Part shown: positions 28,502-39,009 of the stretch, one piece after another | Layout: every line of letters begins with the position of its first letter | Position numbering within the stretch: position 1 is the stretch's first letter | Origin: Candidatus Brevefilum sp. | Lineage (GTDB): Bacteria > Chloroflexota > Anaerolineae > Anaerolineales > Anaerolineaceae | Direction of reading: 5' to 3' | NCBI GenBank assembly: GCA_035376985.1 | Contig: DAOSSA010000004.1 | Span: 24-64,023, forward strand | DNA: 64,000 nucleotides | Position numbers and translations under genes: made by a program | The notes under the pieces: generated by a model | What the model was told of the DNA's origin: nothing | The model's input: only the letters and a program-made list of their open reading frames with translations | Database searches by the model: none

Positions 28502-29836
28502 TCAGACGAGTTTGCCGATCAGGTCGTAGGTGATTGCACCATGGATCTTCACTGCCACTATTTCGCCAATCGGGGCAATTCCTTCAACTAAAACCAGGCC
28601 GTCAATTTCGGGCGCATCCCGGTAGGATCGTCCAATTGAGATTTGGTTTTCATCGTCAATGCCTTCAATAATGACATCCAGCACCTTATCGATGAAGGAT
28701 TGATTGCGCGCCAAAGAGATCTCAGCTTGAATTTGCATGAGTTGTTCAACCCGTTTGGCTTTGGCATCTTCTGAGATCGGGTCGTCCAGGGGCTCGGCAG
28801 GAGCACCAGGTTCAAAGGAATAGGCAAACGTTCCCAGGTGATCAAAACGCTGGGCTTGGACGAAGTCCACCAACCTTTGGAAGGCAAGGTCATCCTCACC
28901 GGGAAAACCGACGATCATCGTTGTTCTCAGGGCAATATCTTCGATTTCAGCACGGATGCGGGCAAGTGCCTGCGAAACAGCTTCAATATCAGATGGGCGG
29001 CGCATCGCACGCAGGACGGCCGGGTCAGCGTGCTGGAGGGGGATATCCAGGTAGGAAAGGATTTGTGCTTCAGTTTTCATCAACTGGATTAGATTGTCTG
29101 TCACATAACCTGGAAAGGCATATAACAAACGGATCCAGGGAATGTGGGGGACTGCCCTGAGCAGAGCTTCTAACAACCGGGTTAACCCGTCCTGCATCCC
29201 CAAATCGTGCCCATAATCTGTGGTGTCCTGGGCGATGAGAATGATCTCCTTGATTCCACGATCCTGTAAAGCTTTTGCGTCCTTAATAATTTCATCGATT
29301 GGGCGGCTGATCAGATTGCCTTTGATCAATGGAATCAAGCAATAGGAACACGATCTACGGCAGCCATCAGCGATTTTTAGATAGGCGCTGCCACCCTGGA
29401 TAGCTACTCGGTGTGTTTCAACTGGACCTGAAGTTATTTGAGAGAGATGTAAATAAGGTTTCTTCCTGTCATGCCGATTGACTTGATCAACGACATCCAG
29501 GATGTCCATCCAGTGCCTGGTGCCCAGGATCCCGTCCAAGCCGGGCACAGAATCGAGTAATTCCTGACGGTGCAGTTCGGGCATGCACCCGGCAGCGATC
29601 AATTTCTGCCAGGGCTGTTTTTCAGTGGCCAGGCTCCTGAGTATTGAGATAGCTTCCCGGCGGGCTGCTGTCAAAAATCCGCAGGTGTTGACAATCAGGT
29701 ATTCCGATTTTTGAGGGATACTGGAAGCGACCAATCCACGCTGATTCAACAACCGGGACATCGATTCTGAATCCACCAAGTTTTTGGGACAGCCCAGGGA
29801 AACCAGGTGATAAGTCCCTTTAGCCTGTTTAGTCAT
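28502..29836 (-). CDS. rimO: ribosomal protein S12 methylthiotransferase
   Basis: SLGCPKNLVDSE, NTCGF, radical SAM CRRSCSYC, C-terminal TRAM domain (GRSYRDAPEIDG). Confidence 0.95.
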   Translation of the reverse strand: MTKQAKGTYHLVSLGCPKNLVDSESMSRLLNQRGLVASSIPQKSEYLIVNTCGFLTAARREAISILRSLATEKQPWQKLIAAGCMPELHRQELLDSVPGLDGILGTRHWMDILDVVDQVNRHDRKKPYLHLSQITSGPVETHRVAIQGGSAYLKIADGCRRSCSYCLIPLIKGNLISRPIDEIIKDAKALQDRGIKEIILIAQDTTDYGHDLGMQDGLTRLLEALLRAVPHIPWIRLLYAFPGYVTDNLIQLMKTEAQILSYLDIPLQHADPAVLRAMRRPSDIEAVSQALARIRAEIEDIALRTTMIVGFPGEDDLAFQRLVDFVQAQRFDHLGTFAYSFEPGAPAEPLDDPISEDAKAKRVEQLMQIQAEISLARNQSFIDKVLDVIIEGIDDENQISIGRSYRDAPEIDGLVLVEGIAPIGEIVAVKIHGAITYDLIGKLV

Positions 29837-31196
29837 CGCTCTCCAGCGGGTTGGGCGTCGCTTGAGGTGTTGGGGTGATGGTGGGTGTGCTGGTGGGGGG
29901 AGGTAAAACTAGGCCTTTGACATTGAAGATCAGATTGGCAATCTGACCCGGCAACCCTTGTGAGCCTATATCTTGATTGTTGAAAAGGATTTGCAGGGCG
30001 CCGATATTGCCGGTGAGAATGTCAATCTGAACCTGCCCGGAGTACTCATAAGCATTTCCGGGGATCAAACGCCCCTGAAATACCTGTTTGTCGTCGACGG
30101 TCACCTGCACCCATAACCGTTGCCGGGGGATCAGGATGATATTGATGGGATCTGAACTGGCAATTAGTGTAAATAAGGGTTCTATGTCCTCAGGTTCCGG
30201 GTTCTCGGAGTTAAAGTCCTGATCTTCGATGATGACCGTTGTCTCATTCTCAGTGTTAAGCACAGGTGTGGGCGCCTCGGTTGCCAGGAGAACATCAGAA
30301 ACACCGGGAATGTCACTTCCAATACGGTCAGGCATCTCGTTGTCGAGGATGCGGTTGACACCCCAGATCACGAAAGTCGCAAATGCCAGGAACAGACCTG
30401 CGATGACGAGCAGATCGAGGGTGAAGAAATTCTTGAGCCGCAAAGCTGTCGGCGAGATTTCGCGGGCTGAACGCTTGCCTTTTTTCGCCAACGCATCCTG
30501 CCTTTCAATGCGACGCAATTGGAGGGCTTCAGCGTAATTGGTGAGCAGGGTTTCGGAATCCAGGTTTAGAAAATCAATATAGTTTACCAGCAAGCCCTTT
30601 GCCTGGACCGGTGAAGGTAATTGATCAAATTGCCCTGCTTCAATTGCCACAATGTGTTGCGGTGAAATGTGGAGGTTATCATGAACCTCATCGATTGATA
30701 AGCTGAGTAATTCACGCTGTCTCTTGATTTGATTTCCTATGGCTTTGAACAACTTCTCGGAGACTTTTGCCTCAGGCTTTGCCTGGTTGGTCTCGAAATC
30801 GAGATCTGTTGGCGAGGGCAACGGTGGTTGTTCCTGATCAGGAGCTGATTCTGGAGCAGGTGTGAGATCGGGTTCTGGCAGGTCAATGGATGGTTCAACC
30901 ACGGCTGGCTGGTCTTCCTCTTGCGATCCGGGTTCTTCTGTCAAAGCAATTAACTGTTTGCCTCCCGCCAGGTGATATCCGCCAACGGTCAAATCTTCCA
31001 GTTGGAGGCCCAATTCACTGGCGTACAGGCGTAAAAAACCGCGCAATTGAACGGTTGAGGGCAAGGAATCCACATCATTCTCCTCCAGTGCTCGAAGGTA
31101 AGCCAGGGAGATGTGGGTTTTTAAGGCAATCGTTTCTAAAGAGATCCCCCGGGATTCCCGGATTTGTTTTAATTGTGCTCCGATAGAAGATTGCAT
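29829..31196 (-). CDS. rodZ: RodZ-like protein with two HTH_25 domains, TM helix and DUF4115
   Basis: Two copies of the xxIxxxYLxAxExxxxxxLP...RGFLxxYA motif; TM helix; C-terminal GNIGAL domain. Confidence 0.75.
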   Translation of the reverse strand: MQSSIGAQLKQIRESRGISLETIALKTHISLAYLRALEENDVDSLPSTVQLRGFLRLYASELGLQLEDLTVGGYHLAGGKQLIALTEEPGSQEEDQPAVVEPSIDLPEPDLTPAPESAPDQEQPPLPSPTDLDFETNQAKPEAKVSEKLFKAIGNQIKRQRELLSLSIDEVHDNLHISPQHIVAIEAGQFDQLPSPVQAKGLLVNYIDFLNLDSETLLTNYAEALQLRRIERQDALAKKGKRSAREISPTALRLKNFFTLDLLVIAGLFLAFATFVIWGVNRILDNEMPDRIGSDIPGVSDVLLATEAPTPVLNTENETTVIIEDQDFNSENPEPEDIEPLFTLIASSDPINIILIPRQRLWVQVTVDDKQVFQGRLIPGNAYEYSGQVQIDILTGNIGALQILFNNQDIGSQGLPGQIANLIFNVKGLVLPPPTSTPTITPTPQATPNPLESDD

Positions 31197-31212
31197 ATCA
31201 GTATTATATTCT

Positions 31213-31255
31213 AAAAAGAAACCGGCCTGTTGTGCGATTCATCAACAGGCCGGTT
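31213..31255 (-). terminator. intrinsic terminator of rplI
   Basis: 13-bp stem AACCGGCCTGTTG/CAACAGGCCGGTT with TTCTTTTT tail on the minus strand. Confidence 0.8.
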
Positions 31256-31276
31256 GAACCATGTTCGGGCGAAAAA

Positions 31277-31870
31277 TTATGCTTCAGATTGTTCCGCTTC
31301 GTCTTCAACCTCATCTGGCAGGATTTCTTCGAGGTCAACCGGTTCCTCTTCGTCCTCAAGCGCTGGTTCTGCTTCGCCGTGAACTTCTTCTTCCTCTGAG
31401 GTCGGTGTTTTCGGAACCGGCAGTTCGCCTTCACGATGAACGATCACGGTGATTTCGGGGACGAGGTCCATGGTCAAATGAATCGGAATGGTGTAAGCAC
31501 CAATTTGGCGGATGGGTTCTGTCTCGACCTGGCGCCGTTCCAGTTCAATTTGGAAGTTGGCGAAAATGGCTTTGACAATCTCATCGTTGCTTACAGAACC
31601 GTAGAGCCGCCCGGTTTCACTGGCTTTTACGGGGAAAGCGAGGGTCTTACCGCTAAGGACTTCAGAAACTGCACTTAATTCCTCATTGAGCGCTGCGCGC
31701 CGTTCAGTGGCTTTAACTCTGATGCGTTCTGCTTGCTGCAACGCGCCTTTTGATGCTGGAATGGCCAAACCCTGGGGGATCAGGTAATTGCGCCCATAAC
31801 CTGCGGCGACTTTTTTAATCTCACCTGCCCGTCCTAATTTATAAACGTCTTTGATCAATACAACTTTCAT
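31277..31870 (-). CDS. rplI: 50S ribosomal protein L9 with acidic C-terminal extension
   Basis: MKVVLIKDVYKLGRAGEIKKVAAGYGRNYLIPQG; GRLYGSV; Glu-rich tail. Confidence 0.97.
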   Translation of the reverse strand: MKVVLIKDVYKLGRAGEIKKVAAGYGRNYLIPQGLAIPASKGALQQAERIRVKATERRAALNEELSAVSEVLSGKTLAFPVKASETGRLYGSVSNDEIVKAIFANFQIELERRQVETEPIRQIGAYTIPIHLTMDLVPEITVIVHREGELPVPKTPTSEEEEVHGEAEPALEDEEEPVDLEEILPDEVEDEAEQSEA

Positions 31871-32052
31871 TTTATGCAAGCCCTTTCGTTTATCTAAATG
31901 ATGTCTTGCTCGAAGGGTACAACGAACAAGCCAAGGAATTTTACTCGAAATACAAATTAACAGCAACAGGTTGATGAGTAAAAACAGACAAAATTCAGCA
32001 CATGGTTTCGGGTATACTAGTGAAAAGCTACAATTACTGGCATGAGGTGCGT

Positions 32053-33705
32053 ATGGCAATCGAACAAGAGAAACAACGATGGGAAAATGAAGTGTATCAT
32101 CCGCTGATCAAACGCTTCCCCGAACGAAAGGAAGGCTTCACAACATCCTCCGGCATTGAAATACCGCCAATCCTGTTGCCGCCTGAAAAACAGGAGTATA
32201 TGGAAGATTTGGGCTTTCCTGGTGAGTATCCGTATACGCGCGGCGTCCAGCCGACGATGTATCGTGGTCGATACTGGACCATGCGGCAATACGCGGGATA
32301 TGCCACCGCTGAGGAATCGAATCAACGTTACCGCTATTTGTTGGACCAGGGACAGACCGGCCTGTCTGTGGCTTTTGACCTTCCGACACAAATTGGCTAT
32401 GATGCCGATGATGCGATGGCGCTGGGCGAGGTAGGGAAAGTGGGCGTTTCGATTTCATCGGTGCGGGACATGGAGACCCTGTTCAAGGACATCCCTTTGG
32501 ATAAGGTTTCAACCAGTATGACGATTAATGCGCCTGCTTCTATTTTGCTGGCCTTTTATATCGCCGTGGCAAAAAAGCAGGGTGTTGCGTTGAATACATT
32601 AAGGGGAACGATTCAAAACGACATCCTCAAGGAATATGTGGCGCGGGGGACGTATATCTTTCCACCCGAGCCTTCGATGCGTTTGATCACAGATGTGTTT
32701 CGGTTCTGCAAAGATCAGATTCCGTCCTGGAATACCATCAGCATTTCGGGTTACCATATTCGGGAAGCGGGGTCCACCGCAGCACAAGAGGTCGCATTCA
32801 CGCTGGCAAATGCTATCGCTTATATCCAGGCAGCGATTGATGCGGGATTAGAGGTCGATGAATTCGGCAACCAGCTCTCATTTTTCTTTAACGCACACAA
32901 TGATTTTTTTGAAGAAATTGCAAAATTCCGGGCTGCCCGGCGGCTGTATGCCCGAATCATGAGAGAACGATTTCACGCGCAAGATGATAAAACCTGCCGA
33001 ATGCGGTTCCACACCCAAACCGCAGGCTCAACATTAACGGCTCATCAGCCTGAAAACAACGTGGTCAGAGTGACATTGCAAGCGCTGGCGGCTGTGTTGG
33101 GCGGGACGCAATCGCTGCATACGAACAGCATGGACGAGGCGCTGTGGCTGCCAACAGAAAAATCAGTCCGGGTTGCGCTGCGAACCCAGCAGATCATCGC
33201 CAACGAATCGGGCGTTGCCGACAGTGTGGACCCAATGGCAGGATCTTATTTAATTGAAGCATTGACAGACCAGATAGAGGCGATTGCCCGTGACTACATC
33301 GAAAAAATTGATGCCCTGGGCGGTGCGCTGCAGTCCATCAATTCTGGCTTCATGCAAAATGAAATCCTGGATGCAGCCTACCGGGCTCAACGTGCGATTG
33401 AAACAGGCGAACAGATCGTGGTGGGCGTGAATGAGTTTCAGGTCGATGAGGTGATCGAACTAGAGGCATTGTCCGTGGACCCGAAAGTTGAAGAAAATCA
33501 AAAGAGGCAACTGGCTGAGTTACGGGCTTCTCGGGACAACGAAACCGTCAGCGCTCTGTTGGGAAAGCTGGAATCTGCTGCCCGCAGTGATGAACCACTG
33601 ATGCCTGTATTTATTGAGTGCGCGGAAAATGAAGTCACCCTGGGCGAGATTTGCAGTATATTGCGCGCGGTGTGGGGACAGTACCAACCGCCGACTTTTA
33701 TCTGA
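32053..33705 (+). CDS. methylmalonyl-CoA mutase, large (substrate-binding) subunit
   Basis: [42 protein letters not shown]; no B12-binding domain. Confidence 0.93.
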   Translation: MAIEQEKQRWENEVYHPLIKRFPERKEGFTTSSGIEIPPILLPPEKQEYMEDLGFPGEYPYTRGVQPTMYRGRYWTMRQYAGYATAEESNQRYRYLLDQGQTGLSVAFDLPTQIGYDADDAMALGEVGKVGVSISSVRDMETLFKDIPLDKVSTSMTINAPASILLAFYIAVAKKQGVALNTLRGTIQNDILKEYVARGTYIFPPEPSMRLITDVFRFCKDQIPSWNTISISGYHIREAGSTAAQEVAFTLANAIAYIQAAIDAGLEVDEFGNQLSFFFNAHNDFFEEIAKFRAARRLYARIMRERFHAQDDKTCRMRFHTQTAGSTLTAHQPENNVVRVTLQALAAVLGGTQSLHTNSMDEALWLPTEKSVRVALRTQQIIANESGVADSVDPMAGSYLIEALTDQIEAIARDYIEKIDALGGALQSINSGFMQNEILDAAYRAQRAIETGEQIVVGVNEFQVDEVIELEALSVDPKVEENQKRQLAELRASRDNETVSALLGKLESAARSDEPLMPVFIECAENEVTLGEICSILRAVWGQYQPPTFI

Positions 33706-33719
33706 AAGAGAGAAAAACC

Positions 33720-34127
33720 ATGGCAAAAATAATAAAGATCAATCATGTTGCCATTGTTGTAAGAGATATCGAAGAATCACTGATGTTTTGGCGCGATCAG
33801 CTCGGCTTAAAGCTGGATCATGTGGAAGACGTGCCTTCACAGGCATCGATGGTGGCCTTTATTCCGGTGGGCGAAGGTGAAATCGAATTGGTCCAGCCTA
33901 CGGATATGGACACCGGGTTGGGAAAATACCTTGAAAAGCGGGGCGAGGGCATGCATCACCTGTGCATCGAGGTTGATGATATCGATGAGATGCTTGCCGA
34001 CCTCAAGGCTAAGGGTGTGCAGTTAATTGATGAAGTCGCCCGAGACTTGCCAGGTCGCCGAATGGCATTTATTCATCCCAAGGCCGCCAATGGCGTTCTG
34101 GTTGAACTTTATGAAATTGTAGAATAA
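33720..34127 (+). CDS. mce: methylmalonyl-CoA epimerase
   Basis: [37 protein letters not shown]. Confidence 0.92.
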   Translation: MAKIIKINHVAIVVRDIEESLMFWRDQLGLKLDHVEDVPSQASMVAFIPVGEGEIELVQPTDMDTGLGKYLEKRGEGMHHLCIEVDDIDEMLADLKAKGVQLIDEVARDLPGRRMAFIHPKAANGVLVELYEIVE

Positions 34128-34156
34128 ACCATATAATACGAGAAAAGGAATACTCT

Positions 34157-34684
34157 ATGTCACAAGCCCAAAAACGTTGGTCCAACCCGCCTGGGATGAT
34201 CTTGAATGAGGAGAAAATTTACCACGCTGTGCTGCACACCGATAAAGGTGATCTGATGATCAAATTATTCAGTGACCTCACCCCACATACAGTGAACAAT
34301 TTTGTGTTTCTCTCAAAAGCCGGGTATTACAACGGCGTGATCTTTCACCGCGTGATTGATGACTTTATGGCTCAGACGGGCGACCCGACGGGTACAGGCA
34401 GGGGCGGTCCTGGTTACAGCTTTGAGGATGAGTTTCACCCAGACCTGATACACGATCGACCCGGGATTGTGTCCATGGCTAATGCCGGTCAGAACACCAA
34501 CGGTTCCCAATTTTTCATCACCCATGTGCCGACACCCTGGCTGGATGGGAAACACAGCGTCTTTGGGGAGCTTGTGGAGGGCCTGGACGTGCTGTTTTCT
34601 ATCCCACAACGTGACCCCATGCGTCCGGAATATCCAGGTGTAAAAATTAATACGATTGAAATCATTGAGTCAGACCGCGAATAA
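34157..34684 (+). CDS. cyclophilin-type peptidyl-prolyl isomerase
   Basis: [43 protein letters not shown]. Confidence 0.96.
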   Translation: MSQAQKRWSNPPGMILNEEKIYHAVLHTDKGDLMIKLFSDLTPHTVNNFVFLSKAGYYNGVIFHRVIDDFMAQTGDPTGTGRGGPGYSFEDEFHPDLIHDRPGIVSMANAGQNTNGSQFFITHVPTPWLDGKHSVFGELVEGLDVLFSIPQRDPMRPEYPGVKINTIEIIESDRE

Positions 34685-34694
34685 CCTGCCCGAA

Positions 34695-35306
34695 TCAGGT
34701 GTGCAGGATGATTGTGTCTATGATCAGCAGCGCTGCCCTGGTGAAGTAATCCAGCGGCAACGAAGGCATTGATCCGGGTGACCTGGCTGCCTGTTCAGGC
34801 AAAGCAGGCAGGTGAATAAAACCTGCGCTGATGCGCTTGTTCTGAGCAGCAACCCAATGCATCAGGGCATAAAAAACCTGGTTGCATAAATACGCGCCCG
34901 CGCTGAGAGAAATTTCTGTGGGAATCTCCTCGTCAACCAGTGTAGATAAAAGCTGCTCAACAGGAAGGGTGCTGAAATAAGCAGCCGGACCGTTGGGATC
35001 GATGGGCTGATTGGTGACGGTCACCCCGGCGTTATCTGCGATTGAAAAATCCATCAGGTTGATAGCCACCCGCTCCAGCGAGATTTTTGTTCTGTTGGCA
35101 GCTAAACCAAAGGCCAGTATGGCGTCCGGCTGGTTGTCTGCAAGCAGCGATAGCAATCTCTCGGGCCCCAGGAGATGGTGAACTGGCAAAATCCCTTTTA
35201 CAAGCTGAACATCAAGGTATTGGGCAGGCAAGCTTTCAACCAGCAGTTGGCTGGGGTTAACGGGGTGTTCATGAAAGGGTTCAAACCCTGTGATCAGAAA
35301 TTTCAT
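34695..35306 (-). CDS. pcp: pyroglutamyl-peptidase I
   Basis: LITGFEPF, NPS, ERVAIN, SAGAYLCN, GFIHLP. Confidence 0.93.
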   Translation of the reverse strand: MKFLITGFEPFHEHPVNPSQLLVESLPAQYLDVQLVKGILPVHHLLGPERLLSLLADNQPDAILAFGLAANRTKISLERVAINLMDFSIADNAGVTVTNQPIDPNGPAAYFSTLPVEQLLSTLVDEEIPTEISLSAGAYLCNQVFYALMHWVAAQNKRISAGFIHLPALPEQAARSPGSMPSLPLDYFTRAALLIIDTIILHT

Positions 35307-35348
35307 ATTACGCCTCCTGGCTTGATCATCTTCTTGCCTTATGCGGAA

Positions 35349-35436
35349 GGGTCGCGATCTCGCGAGCTCATTGCCGGGGAATGAGCGAGAAATTCCCAGC
35401 CAGCTTTGTCCGGCGAGGTTACCCTGATGACGACCC
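35349..35436 (-). ncRNA. candidate structured RNA in the pcp 5' leader
   Basis: Between TG-c-TATAAT (35454-35462, minus strand) and the pcp SD: closing stem GGGUCG/CGACCC, AGG-GUAA-CCU, GCCGG/CUGGC, and a long CUCGC-UCAUU/AAUGA-GCGAG arm. Confidence 0.45.
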
Positions 35437-35541
35437 GGTTTTGTTTTGGGTTGATTATAGCACTCATTTTTCCAGGCAAGCTTTACAGGGCTTTTCTAAG
35501 GTGAATAACAGGGTGATTTTCTTATCTTCATGGCTTGCCTG

Positions 35542-35550
35542 TGATATAAT
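35542..35550 (+). promoter_or_regulatory. extended -10 promoter (TGaTATAAT) of the ssnA-cof-xdh operon
   Basis: Consensus TGnTATAAT 47 bp upstream of the ssnA ATG. Confidence 0.6.
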
Positions 35551-35597
35551 TTTTTTGTAAATTAATCGTTTGTGATATTCTGACAGGAGAAAATGAT

Positions 35598-36953
35598 ATG
35601 CTGATCACCAATGGGAAACTGATACCATGGGGTTCTGAATATCAGGTCATGCCCGAGGGCTGGGGTCTTCTGATCCGCGATGGTGTGATTCAGAAGATTG
35701 CACCTCAAAATGAACTGATTAAGGATTATCCCGAAGAAGAAATTTTAGATGCCGGGGGTCAATACGTGATGCCGGGAAATATCTGCGCCCACACCCATTT
35801 TTACGGCGCTTTTTCACGCGGTTTGGGCATTCCTGGGGAGCCCGCCAGCACCTTTACGGAGATTCTGGAAAAACTCTGGTGGAATCTCGATAAAGCTCTG
35901 GATGAAGATGGCGTCCGCTATTCAGCACTGGTGTGTCTGGTGGATGCGATTAAGCACGGTACCACAACGTTAATTGACCACCATGCCTCACCCACTGCGA
36001 TTGATGGCTCATTGGATATCATCGCTGAGACGATAAACCAGGCTGGTCTGCGGGCATCCCTGTGTTACGAGGTCACCGATCGGGATGGGGCTGAAAAATC
36101 CGAGCAAGGTTTGCAAGAAAACCTGCGCTTTGTTAAGCGAATCCAGAATAGGGACCCGCAGGATTCGCTGCTGCGGGCGCATTTTGGCCTACACGCCAGC
36201 CTGACCCTGTCGGATGAAACCCTGTCTCGCGCGGAAGAACTTTGCCCTGCGGGGATTGGATTCCACATCCATGCTGCTGAGGGAATGGCAGACCAGGTCT
36301 TTAGCCTTGAAACCTCGGGAAAGCGGGTTGTCCATCGCCTGGATCAATTTGGGATATTGCGGCCCGAATCAATTTTGGCGCATGGCGTGCATCTGGACCA
36401 GGGTGAAATTGAACGCCTGGCAGAAACGCAAACCTGGCTGACGCACCAACCCCGTTCGAATATGAACAATGCCGTTGGCGTGGCTCCGATTGAAGATATG
36501 CTGGACGCGGGCATGCGAGTTGGTATGGGAAATGATGGTTTTTCTAATACGATGTGGTTGGAATGGAAAGAGGCGTACCTGCTGCACAAACTGTACCATC
36601 GCGATCCACAGCGGATGGGCGGTTACACCGTAACCAGGATCGCTGTTGACAACAACGCTGCGCTGGTGACTGAGCTGTTTGACGGCTTGCTGGTAGGCTG
36701 TATATCTGAGGGTGCCGCGGCTGATTTAATCTTCGTTGATTATCACCCCTTTACACCATTGACAGGCGGAAACCTGCCCTGGCATATCCTGTTTGGTTTC
36801 CAGGAAAGCATGGTCACAGCCACCATCGTCGCCGGTAAACCCCTGATGTACCAGCGACAGTTGATGACTCTTGATGAGGACGCGATCGCGGCCAGGGCGT
36901 TAGAAATTGCATCAGAGACCTGGAAACGGTTCGAAGAGATTGCTACCCAATAA
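35598..36953 (+). CDS. ssnA: SsnA-like amidohydrolase
   Basis: PGNICAHTHFY, GTTTLIDHHAS, HFGLHASLTLSD, FHIHAAE, HQPRSNMNNAVG, GNDG. Confidence 0.88.
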   Translation: MLITNGKLIPWGSEYQVMPEGWGLLIRDGVIQKIAPQNELIKDYPEEEILDAGGQYVMPGNICAHTHFYGAFSRGLGIPGEPASTFTEILEKLWWNLDKALDEDGVRYSALVCLVDAIKHGTTTLIDHHASPTAIDGSLDIIAETINQAGLRASLCYEVTDRDGAEKSEQGLQENLRFVKRIQNRDPQDSLLRAHFGLHASLTLSDETLSRAEELCPAGIGFHIHAAEGMADQVFSLETSGKRVVHRLDQFGILRPESILAHGVHLDQGEIERLAETQTWLTHQPRSNMNNAVGVAPIEDMLDAGMRVGMGNDGFSNTMWLEWKEAYLLHKLYHRDPQRMGGYTVTRIAVDNNAALVTELFDGLLVGCISEGAAADLIFVDYHPFTPLTGGNLPWHILFGFQESMVTATIVAGKPLMYQRQLMTLDEDAIAARALEIASETWKRFEEIATQ

Positions 36954-36991
36954 GCCTTTACCGGTTGAAAACAGAAGATAAGGAATACAGC

Positions 36992-37678
36992 ATGGTTGAT
37001 GAGACAAAACAATTGTATACACTCGGCATCGTTGGCGGGACAGGGAAAGAAGGCAAAGGTTTAGCTTACCGCTGGTTAAAAGCTGGGCATAAAGTCATTA
37101 TCGGCTCACGCAACTTTGAAAAAGCTCAGAAAGCAGTCGTAGAGCTGACTGAATTCATGGGCTATACCCCAGAAGGACTGAGCGGTATGGATAACAGGGC
37201 TGCCGTAGAAGCCTGTGACATTGCAGTGATAACCGTACCCTATGCCGGGCACAAATCTACCCTGGAAGATTTAAAAGATGCCTTGCAGGGCAAAATTGTG
37301 ATGGACGTTGTTGTCCCGCTTGTACCGCCGAAAGTTTCTAAGGTGCAAATGCCTGAATCGGGTTCTGCAGCGCAGGAAGCCCAGGCAATCTTAGGAGACG
37401 CGTGCCAGGTTGTGGATGCTTTTCAAAATATTTCTCATGAAAGGCTGTTGGGAGAGGGCGATACGGATTGTGATGTTTTGGTGTGCGGAAAAAGTAAGGC
37501 CGCGCGCGAGGTCGTGATCGGGTTGGTGGCTGATACCGGATTGAAGGGGTGGGACGCCGGACCGATTGAAAATGCGGTTGTTGTGGAAGGATTAACCTCG
37601 GTATTGATCGGTCTTAACCAGCAATACAAGGTGCATGTTGCCGGCATTCGCATCACCGGAATTTCTGATCAAACATAA
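36992..37678 (+). CDS. npdG: NADPH-dependent F420 reductase (F420H2:NADP+ oxidoreductase)
   Basis: GIVGGTGKEGKGLA, IIGSR, TVPY, DVVVPL, AFQNIS, DVLVCG, DAGPIENA. Confidence 0.92.
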   Translation: MVDETKQLYTLGIVGGTGKEGKGLAYRWLKAGHKVIIGSRNFEKAQKAVVELTEFMGYTPEGLSGMDNRAAVEACDIAVITVPYAGHKSTLEDLKDALQGKIVMDVVVPLVPPKVSKVQMPESGSAAQEAQAILGDACQVVDAFQNISHERLLGEGDTDCDVLVCGKSKAAREVVIGLVADTGLKGWDAGPIENAVVVEGLTSVLIGLNQQYKVHVAGIRITGISDQT

Positions 37679-37679
37679 G

Positions 37680-38447
37680 ATGGGACTGAACCTGATCCCA
37701 TTAGAAGGCTTTCCCCTGGTCAAGCCCGGGGATGACCTGGCGAGTCTGGTTGTAGAAGTTTTGGCAAAGAACGGCTTTTCGCTGCAAGACGGTGACATCG
37801 TGGTACTTGCGCAGAAGATTGTTTCCAAGGCAGAGGGCCGCCTGGTCAACCTGACAACAGTCGATCCCTCAGAAGCTGCGCTGGATTATGCACACATCAC
37901 TGGAAAAGACCCGCGTTTGGTCGAGTTGATTCTGTCGGAATGCCGGGAGGTCGTACGTGTCCGCCAGGGATTGATGATTGTCGAGCATCGCCTGGGTTTC
38001 ATCAGCGCCAATGCGGGCATTGATCATTCGAATGTTTCCGGTCCCTGGGGTGAGCCCAAAGATTGGGTTCTATTATTGCCTGAAGACCCGGATGCTTCAG
38101 CAGCGCACCTTCGGGCGCAATTGCAGGCTCGCTATGCTTGCCGCCTGGGCGTCTTGATCATTGATTCGCACGGGCGCGCCTGGCGTAATGGAACCATCGG
38201 GATGACGATTGGATTATCCGGGCTGCCGGGCCTGATCGATTTGCGCGGACAAGAGGACTTGTTTGATTTCCGCTTGCGGGTTACGCAGGTGGCTGCCAGT
38301 GATGAATTAGCAGCAGGCGCATCGCTGATGATGGGGCAGGCTCGGGAGGGGACTCCGGTAGTGCTGGCGAGAGGATTCCCATACCCGCTGCGTGAGGCAT
38401 CGCTGTCTGAGTTGATCCGGAACAAGGAATTCGACCTGTTTAGATGA
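37680..38447 (+). CDS. cofE: coenzyme F420-0:L-glutamate ligase (single domain)
   Basis: AQKIVSKAEGR, ANAGIDHSN, LLPEDPDASA, DSHGRAWRNG, DELAAGA. Confidence 0.93.
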   Translation: MGLNLIPLEGFPLVKPGDDLASLVVEVLAKNGFSLQDGDIVVLAQKIVSKAEGRLVNLTTVDPSEAALDYAHITGKDPRLVELILSECREVVRVRQGLMIVEHRLGFISANAGIDHSNVSGPWGEPKDWVLLLPEDPDASAAHLRAQLQARYACRLGVLIIDSHGRAWRNGTIGMTIGLSGLPGLIDLRGQEDLFDFRLRVTQVAASDELAAGASLMMGQAREGTPVVLARGFPYPLREASLSELIRNKEFDLFR

Positions 38448-38454
38448 GGCTTTG

Positions 38455-39009
38455 ATGTACGCCATAATCAGCGAGTTAGATCAAGAATCTTCGGTCGTCG
38501 TCAAAGACCTGTGGGGCAGGTTGCGGGAGGCTTGCGGACTGATGGCAATTTATGAGCTCCCGACGCCGCACTTTACCTGGTTTGTTGCTGAAAACCTGGA
38601 TGTTCCTGCCATTGAGGACATTCTGGCTGAACTTTCCGCCAGCACCTGTCTGTTAACCAGCTATGTATTTGGCTTCGGTATTTTTTCTGGAGAAAGGCCG
38701 GTTTTTTATCTACCTTTGGTCAAATCGCAGGCGATGATAGATCTTCACAATGAAATTTGGCGCCGATCGATTGAGCATAGTGAGCAACCCAATCCATACC
38801 TTTCACCTTCTTTCTGGATGCCGCATATCACCCTGGCAATTAATGATATAACTCGGGAAAGCCTGGCATGTGCTCTTGAATCGGTTGCCTTTGACGCGGT
38901 GGAAATGGAAGTTTCTGGGAGTAACTTGATCGTTGTATCACAGAGCGATGCCTCATCAACGATGACTTATAAACGATTTTATTTTAAGAGTTACGGGAGC
39001 GTATTTTGA
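38455..39009 (+). CDS. 2H phosphoesterase (2'-5' RNA ligase/cyclic phosphodiesterase superfamily)
   Basis: Two intact HxT motifs: PHFTW and PHITLA. Confidence 0.8.
   Translation: MYAIISELDQESSVVVKDLWGRLREACGLMAIYELPTPHFTWFVAENLDVPAIEDILAELSASTCLLTSYVFGFGIFSGERPVFYLPLVKSQAMIDLHNEIWRRSIEHSEQPNPYLSPSFWMPHITLAINDITRESLACALESVAFDAVEMEVSGSNLIVVSQSDASSTMTYKRFYFKSYGSVF

Noticed and set aside
31871-32059. N-terminal extensions of rplI (to 32059) and of mcm (from 32002)
   Set aside because: Canonical starts lie at 31870 and 32053; the extensions overlap the divergent promoter region and are not homologous to the families.
35349-35436. SAM-I/IV riboswitch assignment for the pcp leader (AUC...GGCAA...AGAU resemblance)
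   Set aside because: The GGUGC strand that pairs with GGCAAC in P3 and the kink-turn/pseudoknot elements are missing.
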